NCBI GenBank assembly: GCA_964407865.1
Contig: CAYOXC010000003.1
Span: 12,760-76,759, forward strand
Length of the DNA: 64,000 bases
From: an uncultured Gammaproteobacteria bacterium
GTDB taxonomy: Bacteria; Patescibacteriota; Patescibacteriia; Magasanikbacterales; GWA2-37-8
Direction: 5' to 3'
Positions 52,443-62,632 of this stretch are shown here, piece after piece. A program made the position numbers and the translations under genes. Within the stretch, counting starts at the first letter, position 1, and each line of letters starts with the position of its first letter. A model generated the notes under the pieces. It was not told the origin of the DNA. It did not search any database and worked only from the letters and a program-made list of their open reading frames with translations.

Positions 52443-53510
52443 ATGCGTTCATATAACCCAGAAAATACAAGTAAAATACCGCCACAAGATTTGGTAAAAT
52501 CATTTTTTGAAGAAGATGTTTTTGCGGCTGATGCTTTTTTGCATTTTAAAAAAGAATTATTTGATTATTTTGCATCTAACCCAGATGCAAAAAAAGCGTT
52601 TAGAACACATTGGATTTTGAATGTTCATGCAACCTGGACATTTTTAAACCAGCTAGACTCCGATGATTTTCTAAATTATGGCATTGAACAGATTCCAGAG
52701 GCGGTTCGTCAAGGGTTTGATGTTGCGGAAAAATTGGTTTGGTATATGGCTATCAATTTTCGCAATCCTAAATTGATGACATTGTTTTATTCACAGTTAC
52801 GATCCAAATTTTACGGCTCAGAAGCACTCGTCGGATTAACCGGCGAAGAATTAAAAATATCTGATTTAGTACAGCAAGTTCGCCTGCTAAATAGTTACGC
52901 CGGCGATACCATTCGCGCCGCTGAATTATACGATAAGTTGCAGCATACAATTTTTAGCGGGTCTGAAAAAGACGCTAGCAATGACTATGTAATGGTTGAT
53001 AATAAGGAAGCGGTAATAAATTTAGTAAATTTGACGAATTTCTTTTTGCAAGTTGAACCTGAGGTTATTTGGGAATCGGTTAATACCTATACCTTTTCTC
53101 AAGAGACGGGAATGCCGGCGGAGCAAGTTGTTGCCCCAGTTATACAGCCGATTTTAGATCCAGAAGACGCGCCAGAATTAACAGATAAAGAAAAAGAAAA
53201 ATTGGCTTCAGAAATGCAAGTTGAAAAAAATTCAAAAGAAGAACCTAAAACAGAAAAAACTATGGATCCAGCCAAATCAAACACGAAGCAAATTCCAGTA
53301 GAGGAAACAGCGAGTGATATTAAGCCAACCTACGCTGAAATACGCGCCAAAGTTGATTCAGTTTTTCCCAAAGACAAAAGCGGAGTTTATAAGGATTTGG
53401 ACGGGGTACTCATGGCACTTGAGAAAGCGGCGGACAAATACAATGACCCAAAAATTGCAGAGTTGTATTATTTTGATGAGGCATCAGGCGCCTTTACGTG
53501 GAATGTTTAA
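52443..53510 (+). CDS. Hypothetical protein
   Basis: 355-aa ORF; acidic C-terminal half; no motif. Confidence 0.4.
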   Translation: MRSYNPENTSKIPPQDLVKSFFEEDVFAADAFLHFKKELFDYFASNPDAKKAFRTHWILNVHATWTFLNQLDSDDFLNYGIEQIPEAVRQGFDVAEKLVWYMAINFRNPKLMTLFYSQLRSKFYGSEALVGLTGEELKISDLVQQVRLLNSYAGDTIRAAELYDKLQHTIFSGSEKDASNDYVMVDNKEAVINLVNLTNFFLQVEPEVIWESVNTYTFSQETGMPAEQVVAPVIQPILDPEDAPELTDKEKEKLASEMQVEKNSKEEPKTEKTMDPAKSNTKQIPVEETASDIKPTYAEIRAKVDSVFPKDKSGVYKDLDGVLMALEKAADKYNDPKIAELYYFDEASGAFTWNV

Positions 53511-53656
53511 AAATTTTTAATTTTATAATTTTGTAATTTTAAAGGGCAAAGCCCATTTTATCTGCGCTCCGCTCGGAAAAACAAATAAGCTTGTTTTTCT
53601 CTCGCTACGCTTGATAATAAATAAATCATAATTTTTATAACAGTCAAAAAGATTTT

Positions 53657-53998
53657 ATGAATTATGATTTGGAGGAAAGATCGGCGAGATTTGGTGAAGA
53701 AGTAATAAGGTTCGTTAAAACACTGCCTGATAGCAATATAAATAGACCGCTTGTCAATCAAATTATTCGTTCTGCTACTAGTATTGGTGCGAATTATATG
53801 GAAGCTAATCAGGCGAGCTCAAAAAAGGATTTCAGGAACAAAATTAAAATCTGTCAAAAAGAGTCAAATGAAACGAAACACTGGATAAGGATGGTCGCGG
53901 TTGCAAATCCTGGTGCAAGTGATAAATGTCGCATATTATGGAAAGAAGCGCATGAACTAACTTTAATTTTTGCGAAAATATCCAGAAATTGTCAGTAA
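53657..53998 (+). CDS. Four-helix-bundle protein (23S rRNA intervening-sequence protein family)
   Basis: 113 aa; SIGANYMEANQASSKKDFRNKIKICQKESNETKHW matches the four-helix bundle family (TIGR02436-like) pattern. Confidence 0.65.
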   Translation: MNYDLEERSARFGEEVIRFVKTLPDSNINRPLVNQIIRSATSIGANYMEANQASSKKDFRNKIKICQKESNETKHWIRMVAVANPGASDKCRILWKEAHELTLIFAKISRNCQ

Positions 53999-54024
53999 GT
54001 TAAAAATTGAGAGATTAAAAATTA

Positions 54025-54058
54025 TTTACAAAATTAAAAATTTAAAAATTAAAAATTA
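54025..54058 (+). promoter_or_regulatory. Conserved AT-rich promoter-like motif (copy 3)
   Basis: aaattatttacaaaattaaaaatttaaaaattaaaaatt directly upstream of the ATG at 54064. Confidence 0.45.
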
Positions 54059-54063
54059 TACAA

Positions 54064-55284
54064 ATGCCTACGCCTTTAATTCCAATCAAACATCCGGACG
54101 GAACCATCGAGAAAGTGACACTCGATGAGTTTAAGGCACGGCAAAAAAAGGCGACTGTGCCAAAATCCGCAGTACCTGCTCCGGTAAAACCGTCAGAACC
54201 GGCAATAAAAAAACCAGAACTAACAAAAATTACACCAAAACCTATTGAAAAAAAGATTGAAAAGTCAACACCGACCCCGCCGCCAGCCAAACCAGATCCG
54301 GTAAAAGAAAAAAAACCGATAACATCAATGCCGCAAGCGGCAAAAACCGAAGAAGGCAAATCGCTTCTTGAAGAAGAGTTGCCCCTAGCGAAACAGTCAA
54401 CCCCCATGGCGAGCGCCGATCGCAGAGAAGAAGCAGAGACAATAGTGAAAAAATTAAACTTACAGATAAGCGAAGAGGCTAAAAAACGGTTGATTGGCCT
54501 GGTACAATTGCGCCTAAAAGATGTTCGCGGCGAAACGGAAGTTAAAGAGTGGCTGACAAAGGCAGAAAATGAAATGGGTATTGGTTTGAGCGAAGAAAAA
54601 GCAGAATCAGTTCTTAGCGCAGTCCGTGAAATATTGAAGCAGCCAAGAAAGGATGATATGCCGATTATCCCCTTAAAACGACCTTTGGGCACTCCGAGCA
54701 ACATTCCGGCCACACCGACAAGTACTGTTTTTGGCGCAACCAAGGCACTGGCAAAAGAGGAACGAGAGCCTCTGCCAGCCGTAAATACCCCAGTCAATTC
54801 ATTTATTCACCCTGAACGCGTTTCAATCAATTCGTCTTCTAACAAAATGCCTAAATCATTAGATGAATTAGTAAAAAAAGAATCAGCTGCATTTGAACCA
54901 AGTATCGAGTCTCTTATGCCCAACAAGGGACAGCCAGCGCGCACTATAGTTCGTGATATTTCAACAGCTAAACCGACCCATCTTGGCCCGGTGGAGGAAT
55001 TGCGCTATATTACACTGACTGATTTTAGGCGGCTTTCAACCAACCCGGAAGAAGCTGCAGCGAGATTAAGACAAAAGTTTTTTAACTTAAAAGATGAATC
55101 TTATATTTTGTATATGAATGGCTTGACTGCGTGGAGGCAGAGTCCGCTTTTTACCGATTATACCAATGCGGCCATATCGGCTTTGAACTCAAAAATTAAA
55201 ATGACGGATGAAAGTATGGATAAGGAAAAAATTCAGATTCCGGAAATTCAGGCGCTGGTCGTAATGCAAAAACAGTTGGTTTAA
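54064..55284 (+). CDS. Hypothetical protein, Pro/Lys-rich N-terminal region
   Basis: 406-aa ORF. Confidence 0.4.
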   Translation: MPTPLIPIKHPDGTIEKVTLDEFKARQKKATVPKSAVPAPVKPSEPAIKKPELTKITPKPIEKKIEKSTPTPPPAKPDPVKEKKPITSMPQAAKTEEGKSLLEEELPLAKQSTPMASADRREEAETIVKKLNLQISEEAKKRLIGLVQLRLKDVRGETEVKEWLTKAENEMGIGLSEEKAESVLSAVREILKQPRKDDMPIIPLKRPLGTPSNIPATPTSTVFGATKALAKEEREPLPAVNTPVNSFIHPERVSINSSSNKMPKSLDELVKKESAAFEPSIESLMPNKGQPARTIVRDISTAKPTHLGPVEELRYITLTDFRRLSTNPEEAAARLRQKFFNLKDESYILYMNGLTAWRQSPLFTDYTNAAISALNSKIKMTDESMDKEKIQIPEIQALVVMQKQLV

Positions 55285-55415
55285 TTTTATGAAAATAAAA
55301 TTTGTAAATTTGGACGATAGAAGTAAAAATTTTGTAAACAATTTTTAAAATATTAAAAATTAAGATTTGTTTAAAAATTAAGAATTAAAAATTCAAAAAT
55401 TGGAGTGAAATAATT

Positions 55416-55853
55416 ATGCCCGTTCAGACGCAATTCGTTGTACCACAATTTATTGATGTTGAAGATAAAATATTTGGCCCAATTACGGCTCGCCAGTTTG
55501 TCATACTTTTGGTTGCCGGCCTGCTTTTATTCCTTGCCTATAAATTGGCAGATTTTGGACTTTTTGTTTTTCTTTTAGTTACCCTTGGCGGCGGGTCGCT
55601 GATTGTTGCCTTTGTAAAAATTAACGGTCAGCCATTTCATTATTTTCTATTAAATATTGCTCAAACTTTGCGTCGTCCACCTCTCAGAATTTGGAACAAA
55701 GTCTATTCAAAAGACGAACTTAAACGGCTGCAGGAAGAGGGAAGAGTGGTCGTTCCAGAACCGCCTAAAAAAATAAAAAGGGCGTCTTATAGTCGAATCC
55801 GTGATTTATCATTAACCGTCAATACCGGAGGCTATTATGAAGCCGAGGAGTGA
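55416..55853 (+). CDS. Small two-TM membrane protein, VirB3/PrgI-like (T4SS)
   Basis: 145 aa; two hydrophobic helices; it sits upstream of the VirB4 genes, as PrgI/VirB3 does in T4SS loci. Confidence 0.35.
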   Translation: MPVQTQFVVPQFIDVEDKIFGPITARQFVILLVAGLLLFLAYKLADFGLFVFLLVTLGGGSLIVAFVKINGQPFHYFLLNIAQTLRRPPLRIWNKVYSKDELKRLQEEGRVVVPEPPKKIKRASYSRIRDLSLTVNTGGYYEAEE

Positions 55854-56157
55854 TATACCCAGTAATACAGCTTCCAGTGTGTCCTTCTACATTTATGTGT
55901 TAGAGAGCAAAAAAGACGGAAAAAGATACATTGGTTATACGAATAATTTAAGAAAAAGAATCGAAGAACACAATAAAGGGTTAACTATTTCAACGAGCTA
56001 CAGATTGCCGGTTAAATTAATTTATTTTGAAGGTTGTTTAAATATGCAAGATGCCAAACGCAGAGAGCGTTATTTAAAAACAAACGTAGGTAGAAAATTT
56101 TTAGGCCTAAGATTAATTGAGTACAAACGCTGTGCGGCGTTTGGCTCTGGAAGCTGA
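55837..56157 (+). CDS. GIY-YIG nuclease-family small protein
   Basis: FYIYVLESKKDGKRYIGYT has GIY and YIG about 11 residues apart. LRKRIEEHN carries the conserved Arg/Glu. A strong GGAGG RBS lies 5 nt upstream of the ATG at 55837. Confidence 0.75.
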   Translation: MKPRSDIPSNTASSVSFYIYVLESKKDGKRYIGYTNNLRKRIEEHNKGLTISTSYRLPVKLIYFEGCLNMQDAKRRERYLKTNVGRKFLGLRLIEYKRCAAFGSGS

Positions 56158-56176
56158 TATACTGGGTATGAAAAAT
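55852..56176. repeat. Paired inverted arms (family copy 4), this time flanking the GIY-YIG gene; the downstream arm covers the RBS and start of the VirB4 N-domain gene
   Basis: gatatacccagtaatacagcttccagtgtgtcc (55852..55884) and ggctctggaagctgatatactgggtatgaaaaat (56143..56176). The arms share the locus-specific variants CAGCTTCCAG/CTGGAAGCTG and CCCAGTA/TACTGGG. Confidence 0.7.
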
Positions 56177-56854
56177 AAAAAAGCGACTAATAAAAGAGCG
56201 GCAATTCCAACAACACAGAAAAATGTTGCCATTGCTGAAATAAAAAACGATACTATTATCATGAAAGACGGTACTTTGCGTTCCGTACTTATGGTATCAA
56301 GCATAAACTTTGCTTTGAAAAATGATGATGAGCAGCAGGCTGTCATAAGCTCTTATGTCTCTTTTTTAAACGGCCTGGAAGCTCCGCTGCAGATTGTCAT
56401 TCAGTCGCGCCAGTTGAACATTAAACCATATTTGGAAAAGCTTATCGTTAAAGAGCGGGAACAGCCAAATGAACTGCTACGAATGCAGATTGCCGATTAC
56501 CGATCATTTGTCGCCGAATTGGTAAGTTTGGGAAAAATTATGAGCAAGAATTTTTATGCCGTTGTTCCGTATGATCCATTAACTAATAAAAAGCGAAGTT
56601 TTTGGTCAAGATTGAGTGATGTAATCAATCCGGCTATTACCGTGCGTCTTAAAGATGAGCGTTTCTTGAAACGCAAGCATGATCTGGATATGCGCGTTCG
56701 TCAGATTGAAGCCGGCTTAACTTCCATGGGTCTTGAGGTAGTGCGTTTAGATACTCAGTCATTGATTGAACTTTTTTATTCAACTTACAATCCGGATATA
56801 GCGCTTTTACAGCCGCTTGCGTCAATTGAAGAATTTAATTTAGAAGCAGTTTAA
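56117..56854 (+). CDS. VirB4/TrbE-like N-terminal domain encoded as a separate ORF (likely true start ATG at 56168)
   Basis: IIMKDGTLRSVLMVSSINFAL...SYVSFLNGLEAPLQIVIQS resembles the N-terminal CagE_TrbE_VirB domain. The ORF ends at TAA, followed 3 nt later, in the same frame, by the ATG of the ATPase ORF. Confidence 0.5.
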   Translation: MSTNAVRRLALEADILGMKNKKATNKRAAIPTTQKNVAIAEIKNDTIIMKDGTLRSVLMVSSINFALKNDDEQQAVISSYVSFLNGLEAPLQIVIQSRQLNIKPYLEKLIVKEREQPNELLRMQIADYRSFVAELVSLGKIMSKNFYAVVPYDPLTNKKRSFWSRLSDVINPAITVRLKDERFLKRKHDLDMRVRQIEAGLTSMGLEVVRLDTQSLIELFYSTYNPDIALLQPLASIEEFNLEAV

Positions 56855-56857
56855 TTT

Positions 56858-58726
56858 ATGGCTTTTAAACCGACAATAACTAAAGAAGACAAGAAAGCGC
56901 CGACTCGTTTGGATAAAGAAACCAGCGAAATAAAAAAGAAGACATCGGAAGAGATGGCTTCCCTTGAAGAAGAGCGTGTATATCGTGAAGGTGTAGTTTC
57001 AATTCGCGATTTGGTAGCACCCGCTTCGTTTCGGGTTGAATCAAGTTTTATTCAGCTCGGCGATATTTATTGCCGCACTCTTTTTATCACCGCCTATCCA
57101 CGCTACATTTCTATTGGTTGGGCTTCTCCGGTTATCAATTTGTCTATTACCATGGATGTAGGGATGTATTTTTATCCCGTAAAATCAGCCGTAATTTTAA
57201 AACAATTAAAAAATAAAGTCGGCGCTCTGGAAGCGCAGATAAATGCGGATTCGGAAAAGGGTGCGCCGCGCGACCCAATCAGAGAAACAGCGCTGCGAGA
57301 CATTGAACAGCTTCGCGACAATCTGACTCAGGGAACAGAGCATTTTTTCCAGTTTTGTTTCTATGTTACGATTTATGCTCGCAATAAAGACGAGCTGGAA
57401 CAGACGACGGAAGATATTGAAAATATTTTTGGCGGCAAGCTAATTATTACGCGCAAGGTTTTGTTTCAAGCCGAGCAGGGTTTTAATTCTACACTGCCTT
57501 TGAGCAATGACGAACTATATGTTGCTTTCAACATGAACAGCTCTCCGATTGCCGCTTCTTTCCCTTTTATTTCTGCTGAACTTACTTCTGACGACGGTAT
57601 ACTTTACGGTATCAATCGACACAACAACAGTTTGATTTTGTTCAATAGATTTTCTTTGCAAAATGCCAATATGGTGGTTTTTGCCACTTCTGGAGCAGGC
57701 AAAAGTTATACTATAAAGCTGGAGATATTACGAACCATGATGATGGGCGTTGATGTAATTGTTATTGACCCTGAAATGGAATATAAGCATTTAAGTGACG
57801 CGGTTGGCGGTACTTATGTAAATATTTCACTTTCTTCTGAGGCAAAAATAAATCCTTTTGATTTGCCGCGCCCGATGGGTATGGAAATTTCTACTGAAGA
57901 TGTTATTCGGAGTGCAGTTATCACTATGAAAGGTTTGCTTCGCATCATGCTTGGTGGTCTTTCGGTGGAGCAGGACGCTATTATTGACCGTGCCTTAATT
58001 GAGGCTTATGCCAAAAAAGATATTACTCCTGACTGCGATTTAAATACGGTCAAACCTCCAATTATGCAGGATTTGGTTGAAGTGCTTGAAGGCATGCAGG
58101 GCTCGGGAGAGCTGGTTTTAAAACTTCAAAAATATACCGAAGGAACTTTTTCCGGACTTTTCAATTCTCCGACAAATGTGGATATGAAAAACCAGCTGGT
58201 TATATTTTCTGTTCGTGATTTGGAAGAAGAACTCCGGCCAATCGCTATATATTCTATTATTAATTACATTTGGAATGTTGTTCGCTCCGAGCGTAAGCGA
58301 AGAATCATGGTAATTGACGAGGCCTGGTGGCTGATGATGCATGAAGATTCTGCTCGCTTTATTTTTGCTTTGGTAAAGAGGTGTCGTAAATATTATCTCG
58401 GCGTCACCACAATCACTCAGGATGTCAATGACTTTCTTCGTTCTCAATATGGGCAGGCGATTGTAACTAACTCCGCTTTGCAGCTGCTTTTGCGTCAGTC
58501 GCCAGCGTCAATTGATTTAATCCAGAAAGTTTTTGTTTTAACCGATAGTGAAAAATATTTGCTTTTAGAGTCATCTGTTGGTGAGGGTATATTTTTTGCC
58601 GGCCTGAAACACGCTGCTATCAAGGTAGTCGCTTCATATACCGAAGATCAAATTGTCACCACTAATCCCGAACAGCTTTTGGCTATTGAACAGGCAAAAA
58701 AGGAGTTTAAAGCTGCTGAAAAATAA
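56858..58726 (+). CDS. VirB4/TraC-family T4SS ATPase (ATPase domain)
   Basis: 622 aa; Walker A FATSGAGKSYT; Walker B RIMVIDEAWWLM (the DEAW of VirB4). Confidence 0.8.
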   Translation: MAFKPTITKEDKKAPTRLDKETSEIKKKTSEEMASLEEERVYREGVVSIRDLVAPASFRVESSFIQLGDIYCRTLFITAYPRYISIGWASPVINLSITMDVGMYFYPVKSAVILKQLKNKVGALEAQINADSEKGAPRDPIRETALRDIEQLRDNLTQGTEHFFQFCFYVTIYARNKDELEQTTEDIENIFGGKLIITRKVLFQAEQGFNSTLPLSNDELYVAFNMNSSPIAASFPFISAELTSDDGILYGINRHNNSLILFNRFSLQNANMVVFATSGAGKSYTIKLEILRTMMMGVDVIVIDPEMEYKHLSDAVGGTYVNISLSSEAKINPFDLPRPMGMEISTEDVIRSAVITMKGLLRIMLGGLSVEQDAIIDRALIEAYAKKDITPDCDLNTVKPPIMQDLVEVLEGMQGSGELVLKLQKYTEGTFSGLFNSPTNVDMKNQLVIFSVRDLEEELRPIAIYSIINYIWNVVRSERKRRIMVIDEAWWLMMHEDSARFIFALVKRCRKYYLGVTTITQDVNDFLRSQYGQAIVTNSALQLLLRQSPASIDLIQKVFVLTDSEKYLLLESSVGEGIFFAGLKHAAIKVVASYTEDQIVTTNPEQLLAIEQAKKEFKAAEK

Positions 58727-58747
58727 TTTACCTTTATATTCAAAATT

Positions 58748-59347
58748 ATGATGACACTCCGTTCTCGAATCTTTATTATCGCAAGCATTGTAGTGCTTGT
58801 GATTTTGGCCATAAGCATTTCATTATATATTTTTGGTAAAAAAGAAGGACCAGCAAGCGATGAAACTGCTGAACCAACAGCAACAGGTCAAGTCGATGAA
58901 GATAATATCCCAGAAGCGATTACCGCTCCGCCTCCGACAGTAATTCCGGCCAGTCCTACCGTAAAGCCGCTTTCAAGCGAAGACGTTTTAAAAAATGCCG
59001 CCAAACAGCTTGCCAAGATATTTATTGAGCGGTATGGCACCTATTCGTCGGAAAATAATGGAGAGAATATCAAAGAATGTGAATCGCTTGTGACAGAGGA
59101 TCTTTACGCTGAAATCAGCAAGCGAATCGGTGTTCAGCCGCCAAACGGCGAATTTACCGGCGCGACGACAAAAGCTATCGCCGTGGATTTAGCCGAATAT
59201 AGCGATACTGCGGCTAAAGCAGAACTTGGAGTAAATAGAATAATAACTAAAGGCGATAGTATTGAAGAAAAGCCGTCTAGGGTAAATGTATGGCTAACAA
59301 GATCAGGTGATGGTTGGCTGGTAAGTAAGTTCGAGTGGTTGCAGTAA
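58748..59347 (+). CDS. Hypothetical membrane-anchored secreted protein
   Basis: 199 aa; N-terminal TM; no motif. Confidence 0.4.
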   Translation: MMTLRSRIFIIASIVVLVILAISISLYIFGKKEGPASDETAEPTATGQVDEDNIPEAITAPPPTVIPASPTVKPLSSEDVLKNAAKQLAKIFIERYGTYSSENNGENIKECESLVTEDLYAEISKRIGVQPPNGEFTGATTKAIAVDLAEYSDTAAKAELGVNRIITKGDSIEEKPSRVNVWLTRSGDGWLVSKFEWLQ

Positions 59348-59414
59348 GTTAAAAATATTACAAGATAAAAAACAAAAAACACCATTATTAATAGTGGTGT
59401 TTTTAAATAAATAA

Positions 59415-60143
59415 ATGTTTAATAAAATTTTACAATCAATTAAAGATTTGTTATTTCCTGTTTTTTGTGTTAAATGCGGTTTGGAGGGAGATTGGTTGTG
59501 TGAGAAATGTTTTTTAAAGGTTCAGCTTAAACCTGTTTTGCGTTGTCCTGCTTGTCGTAAAAAAAACGACGGATCGCTTTGTCTTGGCTGTCAGGGGTTT
59601 TTTTCATTGGACGGCGTATGTGCCGTGTTTGAATACAAGGAAGATGAACCGCTCGGACAATTGGTAAGGGATTTTAAATATCATTACGCGCGCGATATTA
59701 TATTTGTTTGGAAAAAAATATTCGAACAATTTTTTGATTCAGATTGTCCAGATTTTTTAAATGGTGAAAATCAATGGACGGTAGTCTCGGTGCCGCTATA
59801 TCCAAGGCGGGAACGTGAAAGAGGGTATAATCAAGCAGCGCTTTTAGCTCAAATTATTTGCCAAAAAATAAATTCATTAAAACCAGAAAAAGTACTTGTG
59901 ATGAATAATATTTTAAAACGCGTTCGTCCGACATCGCAACAGGCCAAATTAACCAAAGAAGAAAGAGTAAAAAATGTTGAGAATGCGTTTGTCGTGATAT
60001 CTGAAAATATTCCTAAAAATGTTATTTTAGTTGATGATGTTTTTACATCAGGCGTCACACTTTTTGAGTGTGCCCGTTTATTAAAGCAGAGTGGTGTAAA
60101 GCGCGTTTGGGCGATTACACTTTCAAGGAGCTTGTTTGATTAG
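59415..60143 (+). CDS. comFC: ComF-family protein (ComFC-like phosphoribosyltransferase-domain competence protein)
   Basis: N-terminal Cys4 zinc ribbon (CVKCGL...CEKC...CPAC...CLGC) and C-terminal PRTase motif VILVDDVFTSGVTL. Confidence 0.75.
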   Translation: MFNKILQSIKDLLFPVFCVKCGLEGDWLCEKCFLKVQLKPVLRCPACRKKNDGSLCLGCQGFFSLDGVCAVFEYKEDEPLGQLVRDFKYHYARDIIFVWKKIFEQFFDSDCPDFLNGENQWTVVSVPLYPRRERERGYNQAALLAQIICQKINSLKPEKVLVMNNILKRVRPTSQQAKLTKEERVKNVENAFVVISENIPKNVILVDDVFTSGVTLFECARLLKQSGVKRVWAITLSRSLFD

Positions 60144-60175
60144 GGATTGATCCGGTAGAGCTCTTTAGAGATTCT

Positions 60176-60275
60176 ACCGGGTTGACCGCGTATAATCGCT
60201 TTGCGATCACGCGGTCAACCGCGTAGGTCATAAGCCTTATACGCGGTTGACAAAATGGCTAAAATATGCTATATT
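60176..60275 (+). promoter_or_regulatory. Second copy of the rnpB promoter module: palindromes plus -35 TTGACA (60247..60252), a 17-nt spacer and -10 TATATT (60270..60275)
   Basis: ggttgaccgcgtataatcgctttgcgatcacgcggtcaaccgcgtaggtcataagccttatacgcggttgacaaaatggctaaaatatgctatatt is ~85% identical to 10104..10203. The similarity extends to gttcatta just downstream of the -10. Confidence 0.6.
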
Positions 60276-60335
60276 CTTTCGTTGGATAAGTTCATTAAAA
60301 ACACCAAAAAACCCGAAAGGGAAGGAGAGTAAAAA

Positions 60336-60989
<654 letters not shown>

Positions 60990-61007
60990 CCTTTCCTCAT
61001 TGCTCTT

Positions 61008-61035
61008 TTCAAACATTGCCCCGACATCACGTCGG
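61008..61035 (+). terminator. Intrinsic terminator after the D/T-repeat gene
   Basis: ccccgacatcacgtcgggg + ttttttt. Confidence 0.65.
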
Positions 61036-61042
61036 GGTTTTT

Positions 61043-62614
61043 TTATATTTTTTTCCAGATTCGACAGATTTGATCTTCGTACACCAAAATCCATTCATTG
61101 CTTCGCGTTAGCATTTTTTCAAGCTGAGATTCTTCTTCCATGTGAATTAAAGAAAGATCGCGATTTGAAAAAATAATCCTATTAACAACATTCGGTTTGG
61201 GATAAGAAGATATATTGCGGTTTATAATTGCATAATTTGCTTGTGTGGAATTGAGCTCTCTTAAACCGTTAATTTCAAATTTCATTTGTCTATATTTTTT
61301 TAGGAGATTCATACCCTCATTATTGTTCCAGGTGACTGTACCGCGGCCATCGAGATAAACAAGCGCTTCCGGCAAGCTCCAGTTAAGATAGCCACCCCAG
61401 CGGAATTCGTTAAATAGAAAAATGTTATTTCTTAATCCTTCCTGCTTCAGAAACAGTGTTGCTTGATAAGGATAAGGCCGGTGGGCAAGGTATTTAGGGT
61501 CTGTCCAAATATCACTTGAGACATAAATACTGCTTGCGTTAAATGCAATTATGATCAGCCCAAAGGCAATATATATACAGAGGCGTATTATTTTTAAATT
61601 AACCTTATTCAATTTCAGAAGCGACATAATTTTTGCTTCAGCTTCGGTCAGTGCGATGGATATTATTGGCAAACTAAAAAAAACGAGATATAGATTGTTC
61701 CTTTTATAACTCCAGGCCGCATAAAAGAAAGCGGCAAAAAGCAAAAGCTCGGCAAGAGAAAGCCGTTTATTTTTATATCCGATGACGGCAAACACCGCGG
61801 CCACAGAACCGATAATTAGCGGTAGAAGATAAACTGGATATGCATAGCTCGGTATCCATTCGTTAATAATTGTTTTAAAATATGTCCCCTGGGATATATA
61901 AGCGGCAATTTCGCCGTATATTTTTAGACCATAGGGGTTAGCTAAAACGGCGATCGCGGAAATGACTAGCCAGATAGCAATTGTGAAAAATGTTTTTGCA
62001 GACCAGTTTGTCTCTTTTCCAGAAAATAGCGGGAAGTAGCGTTTTAAGATAATAGCGAACAGATTGCCACCGATATATATGAATGTAATAATGAATCCTA
62101 TAAACCAACTGCCGTGTAGGATTGACCAAAGCCAGAAGATAAAAGGCCATAAATATAATAAATTTTTTTGCGGCAACACCTTAAGGGTGTAGATAAGCGG
62201 GGGTATAAGTGCAAGTACCACAAAAGCCGGTCTGACAGCAAAAATGAAGTCAAGGGACCAGACGCAGAAAATTGCAAGTAAAATTGAAAGTGGAGATAAT
62301 TTATTAGTAAATATTTTTACTATCCATAAAAAAGCCAGCCAAATAATAACAGCTATGGTTATGGATAAAGCAAAGTAGCCAAGGTCGGCGTAAATTAACC
62401 AGAAAAAAAGGTCACTGCCCCATTCGTGGTTTGTCCAGGGCTCGCCAAAATTTGTCCAGGTGTAGCTATCCGTGTATTGAAATTGCCCAGCAAAAGCATC
62501 CATGCCAAAGCGAAGATGCCAGCCAAGGTCAGCATCAATTATATTAGCGACAAGATGAAGTGTTAGAACAAACCCAGCTGTAATAAGTATGATTTTTGTG
62601 ATTTTTTCAAGCAT
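61043..62614 (-). CDS. Polytopic membrane protein (~14 TM), possibly a GT-C-type glycosyltransferase (ArnT/PMT-like or DUF2079-like)
   Basis: 523 aa; hydrophobic throughout with short loops; only a low-specificity resemblance. Confidence 0.3.
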   Translation of the reverse strand: MLEKITKIILITAGFVLTLHLVANIIDADLGWHLRFGMDAFAGQFQYTDSYTWTNFGEPWTNHEWGSDLFFWLIYADLGYFALSITIAVIIWLAFLWIVKIFTNKLSPLSILLAIFCVWSLDFIFAVRPAFVVLALIPPLIYTLKVLPQKNLLYLWPFIFWLWSILHGSWFIGFIITFIYIGGNLFAIILKRYFPLFSGKETNWSAKTFFTIAIWLVISAIAVLANPYGLKIYGEIAAYISQGTYFKTIINEWIPSYAYPVYLLPLIIGSVAAVFAVIGYKNKRLSLAELLLFAAFFYAAWSYKRNNLYLVFFSLPIISIALTEAEAKIMSLLKLNKVNLKIIRLCIYIAFGLIIIAFNASSIYVSSDIWTDPKYLAHRPYPYQATLFLKQEGLRNNIFLFNEFRWGGYLNWSLPEALVYLDGRGTVTWNNNEGMNLLKKYRQMKFEINGLRELNSTQANYAIINRNISSYPKPNVVNRIIFSNRDLSLIHMEEESQLEKMLTRSNEWILVYEDQICRIWKKI

Positions 62615-62632
62615 ATTATCATTGTGTAAACA

